Shown here: positions 62,553-64,000 of the stretch, in pieces
Layout of the letters: every line of letters begins with the position of its first letter
Position numbering within the stretch: position 1 is the stretch's first letter
Assembly (NCBI RefSeq): GCF_006345805.1
Contig: NC_043000.1
Location: forward strand, 87,916,001-87,980,000
DNA from: Octopus sinensis
Taxonomy: Eukaryota
Direction: 5' to 3'
DNA length: 64,000 nt
Made by a program: the position numbers and the translations under genes
The notes under the pieces: model-generated
Told to the model about the DNA's origin: nothing
The model's database searches: none
What the model saw: the letters and a program-made list of their open reading frames with translations, nothing else

Positions 62553-63759
62553 TATGCTAGGATTCTTTCAGTTTCCATAATCCAAATTCATGCACGAAAC
62601 TTTTGTCAATTCAGAGCTATAGTAGTAGACACTTGCCCAATATGCCATGCAGTGGGATTGAAACCAAAGTCATGTAGTTCAGAAGTGACAAGCAAAATAT
62701 CATTCATCATCACCATGTGTCGGTGGCACAAAAAAAACAAAAAAAAAACACCATCCGAGTGTGGCCGTTCGCCAGCCTCGTCTGGCACCTGTGTCGGTGG
62801 CACATAAACACCCACTACACTCTCGGAGTGGTTGGCGTTAGGAAGGGCATCCAGCTGTAGAAACACTGCCAGATCTGACTGGCCTGGTGCAGCCTTCGGG
62901 CTCCCCAGACCCCGGTTGAACCGTCCAACCCATGCTAGCATGGAAAGCGGACGTTAAATGATGATGATGATGATGATGATGATCACCATCATTGATTTGA
63001 TGATAATTTTTCCACGCTTGCATGGGCAGACAGAATTTGTTGAGGCAGATTTTCTATGGCTGGATACTTTTTCTGTTGTCAGCCCTCACCTGTTTCCAAG
63101 CAATGTAACAGTTTCCCATGGCCAGACATTTTTTCCCTAAAGATTGGAAGTGAATTACTACAACTATCAAGCAATATCAAGAGAGACAAACACACACACA
63201 TGTACACGAGGGTATTCTTTCAGTTTCCACCAACCAAACCAACTCATAAAACTTTTGTTGATCTGGTGTTACAGTGGAATTACTTGCCTAAGGTACCTTG
63301 CAATGGGACTGAACTCAAAACGACAAGTTGGGAAGTGACCTCCTTTACCACACAGCCATGTCTGTGCCTCATTCTCTTCAAATTTTAACGAAGAGGTTTG
63401 CCATATCAGTAACGTATGTAAACTGACCGTAGTAACACTTTATAACTCAAGAGTAAATTACCAAAATATTTGAAGAGTTAAGTCATTTCGTTTCGCTAGA
63501 AGAAATGTAATTACTGAGTAAAGAAATAATATACTCTCCAAGAAAAAGAGCAATTTTCATCTTAATGGAATCGTTATCAAGTAAATTAAATTGCATCAGT
63601 TATACCTGATAAGAAACGAAATTAGAGAAGACATTTGTCTGAAGCCCTTAGGTTACCAAATACAAACTGAAAAACCTGAAGAGACACATACATATATGTC
63701 TCTCTGTGTGTGAGTATATCTATCTAGCTATCTATCTATCTACCTATATATATATATAT

Positions 63760-63814
63760 ATATACACTCATCTCTGATAGTACCACTTCATGCTGCAAAT
63801 CTCTTCTAAGACAT

Positions 63815-63888
<74 letters not shown>

Positions 63889-64000
63889 CTTAGAAGAGAT
63901 ACATATATACTCATCTCTGATAGTACCACTTCATGCTGCAAATCTCTTCTAAGACATACATATATATATATACATATATATATATATGTATGTCTTAGAA
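63760..64000. repeat. Tandem duplication (about 144 bp) containing a palindromic arm-(TA)n-arm unit
   Basis: ACTCATCTCTGATAGTACCACTTCATGCTGCAAATCTCTTCTAAGACATACA at about 63767 and about 63909; runs off the window end. Confidence 0.85.

Noticed and set aside
63600-63695. CTGATAAG...GAAA motif and an AG...GT-bounded segment
   Set aside because: No paired stems for a ribozyme, and the exon reading tested hits a stop and shows no FOCAD similarity.

Overview
AT-rich, repeat-dense animal genomic DNA. The SINE/LINE repertoire resembles that of octopus (coleoid cephalopod); this is an inference, not verified. One protein-coding gene crosses the window on the minus strand: focadhesin (FOCAD/KIAA1797). 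I traced 13 consecutive GT-AG exons (38055 down to 1606, 1985 nt) that join in frame without stops. Both ends of the gene appear to lie outside the window. The rest is apparently intronic and filled with mobile DNA: at least four tRNA-derived SINE families, RTE-type LINEs (one near full length with a PHD-like Cys/His insertion in the RT), an R4/Dong-type LINE remnant carrying nested insertions, a Penelope-like RT remnant, a Helitron, a deleted piggyBac plus many TTAA MITEs, a Buster/Charlie-type hAT, and mariner/Tc1 fragments. Two observations stand out. (1) A 358-bp element at 11221-11578 with an 11-bp TSD joins a tRNA-like Pol III head to a Penelope-type minimal hammerhead-ribozyme tail and carries an inverted partial copy of that tail; other hammerhead-like and inverted-arm elements occur at about 3.9, 26.4, 30.8, 36.1 and 61.3 kb. 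(2) An intronless KDM3/JMJD1 retrocopy at about 13996-14745 is 5'-inverted at the S-H-T|N-H-E codon junction, has no poly(A), and sits in a (TG)n tract, which fits microsatellite-primed twin priming. Most short ORFs in the supplied track are repeat or microsatellite noise. All homology calls are from recalled family motifs, not database searches.
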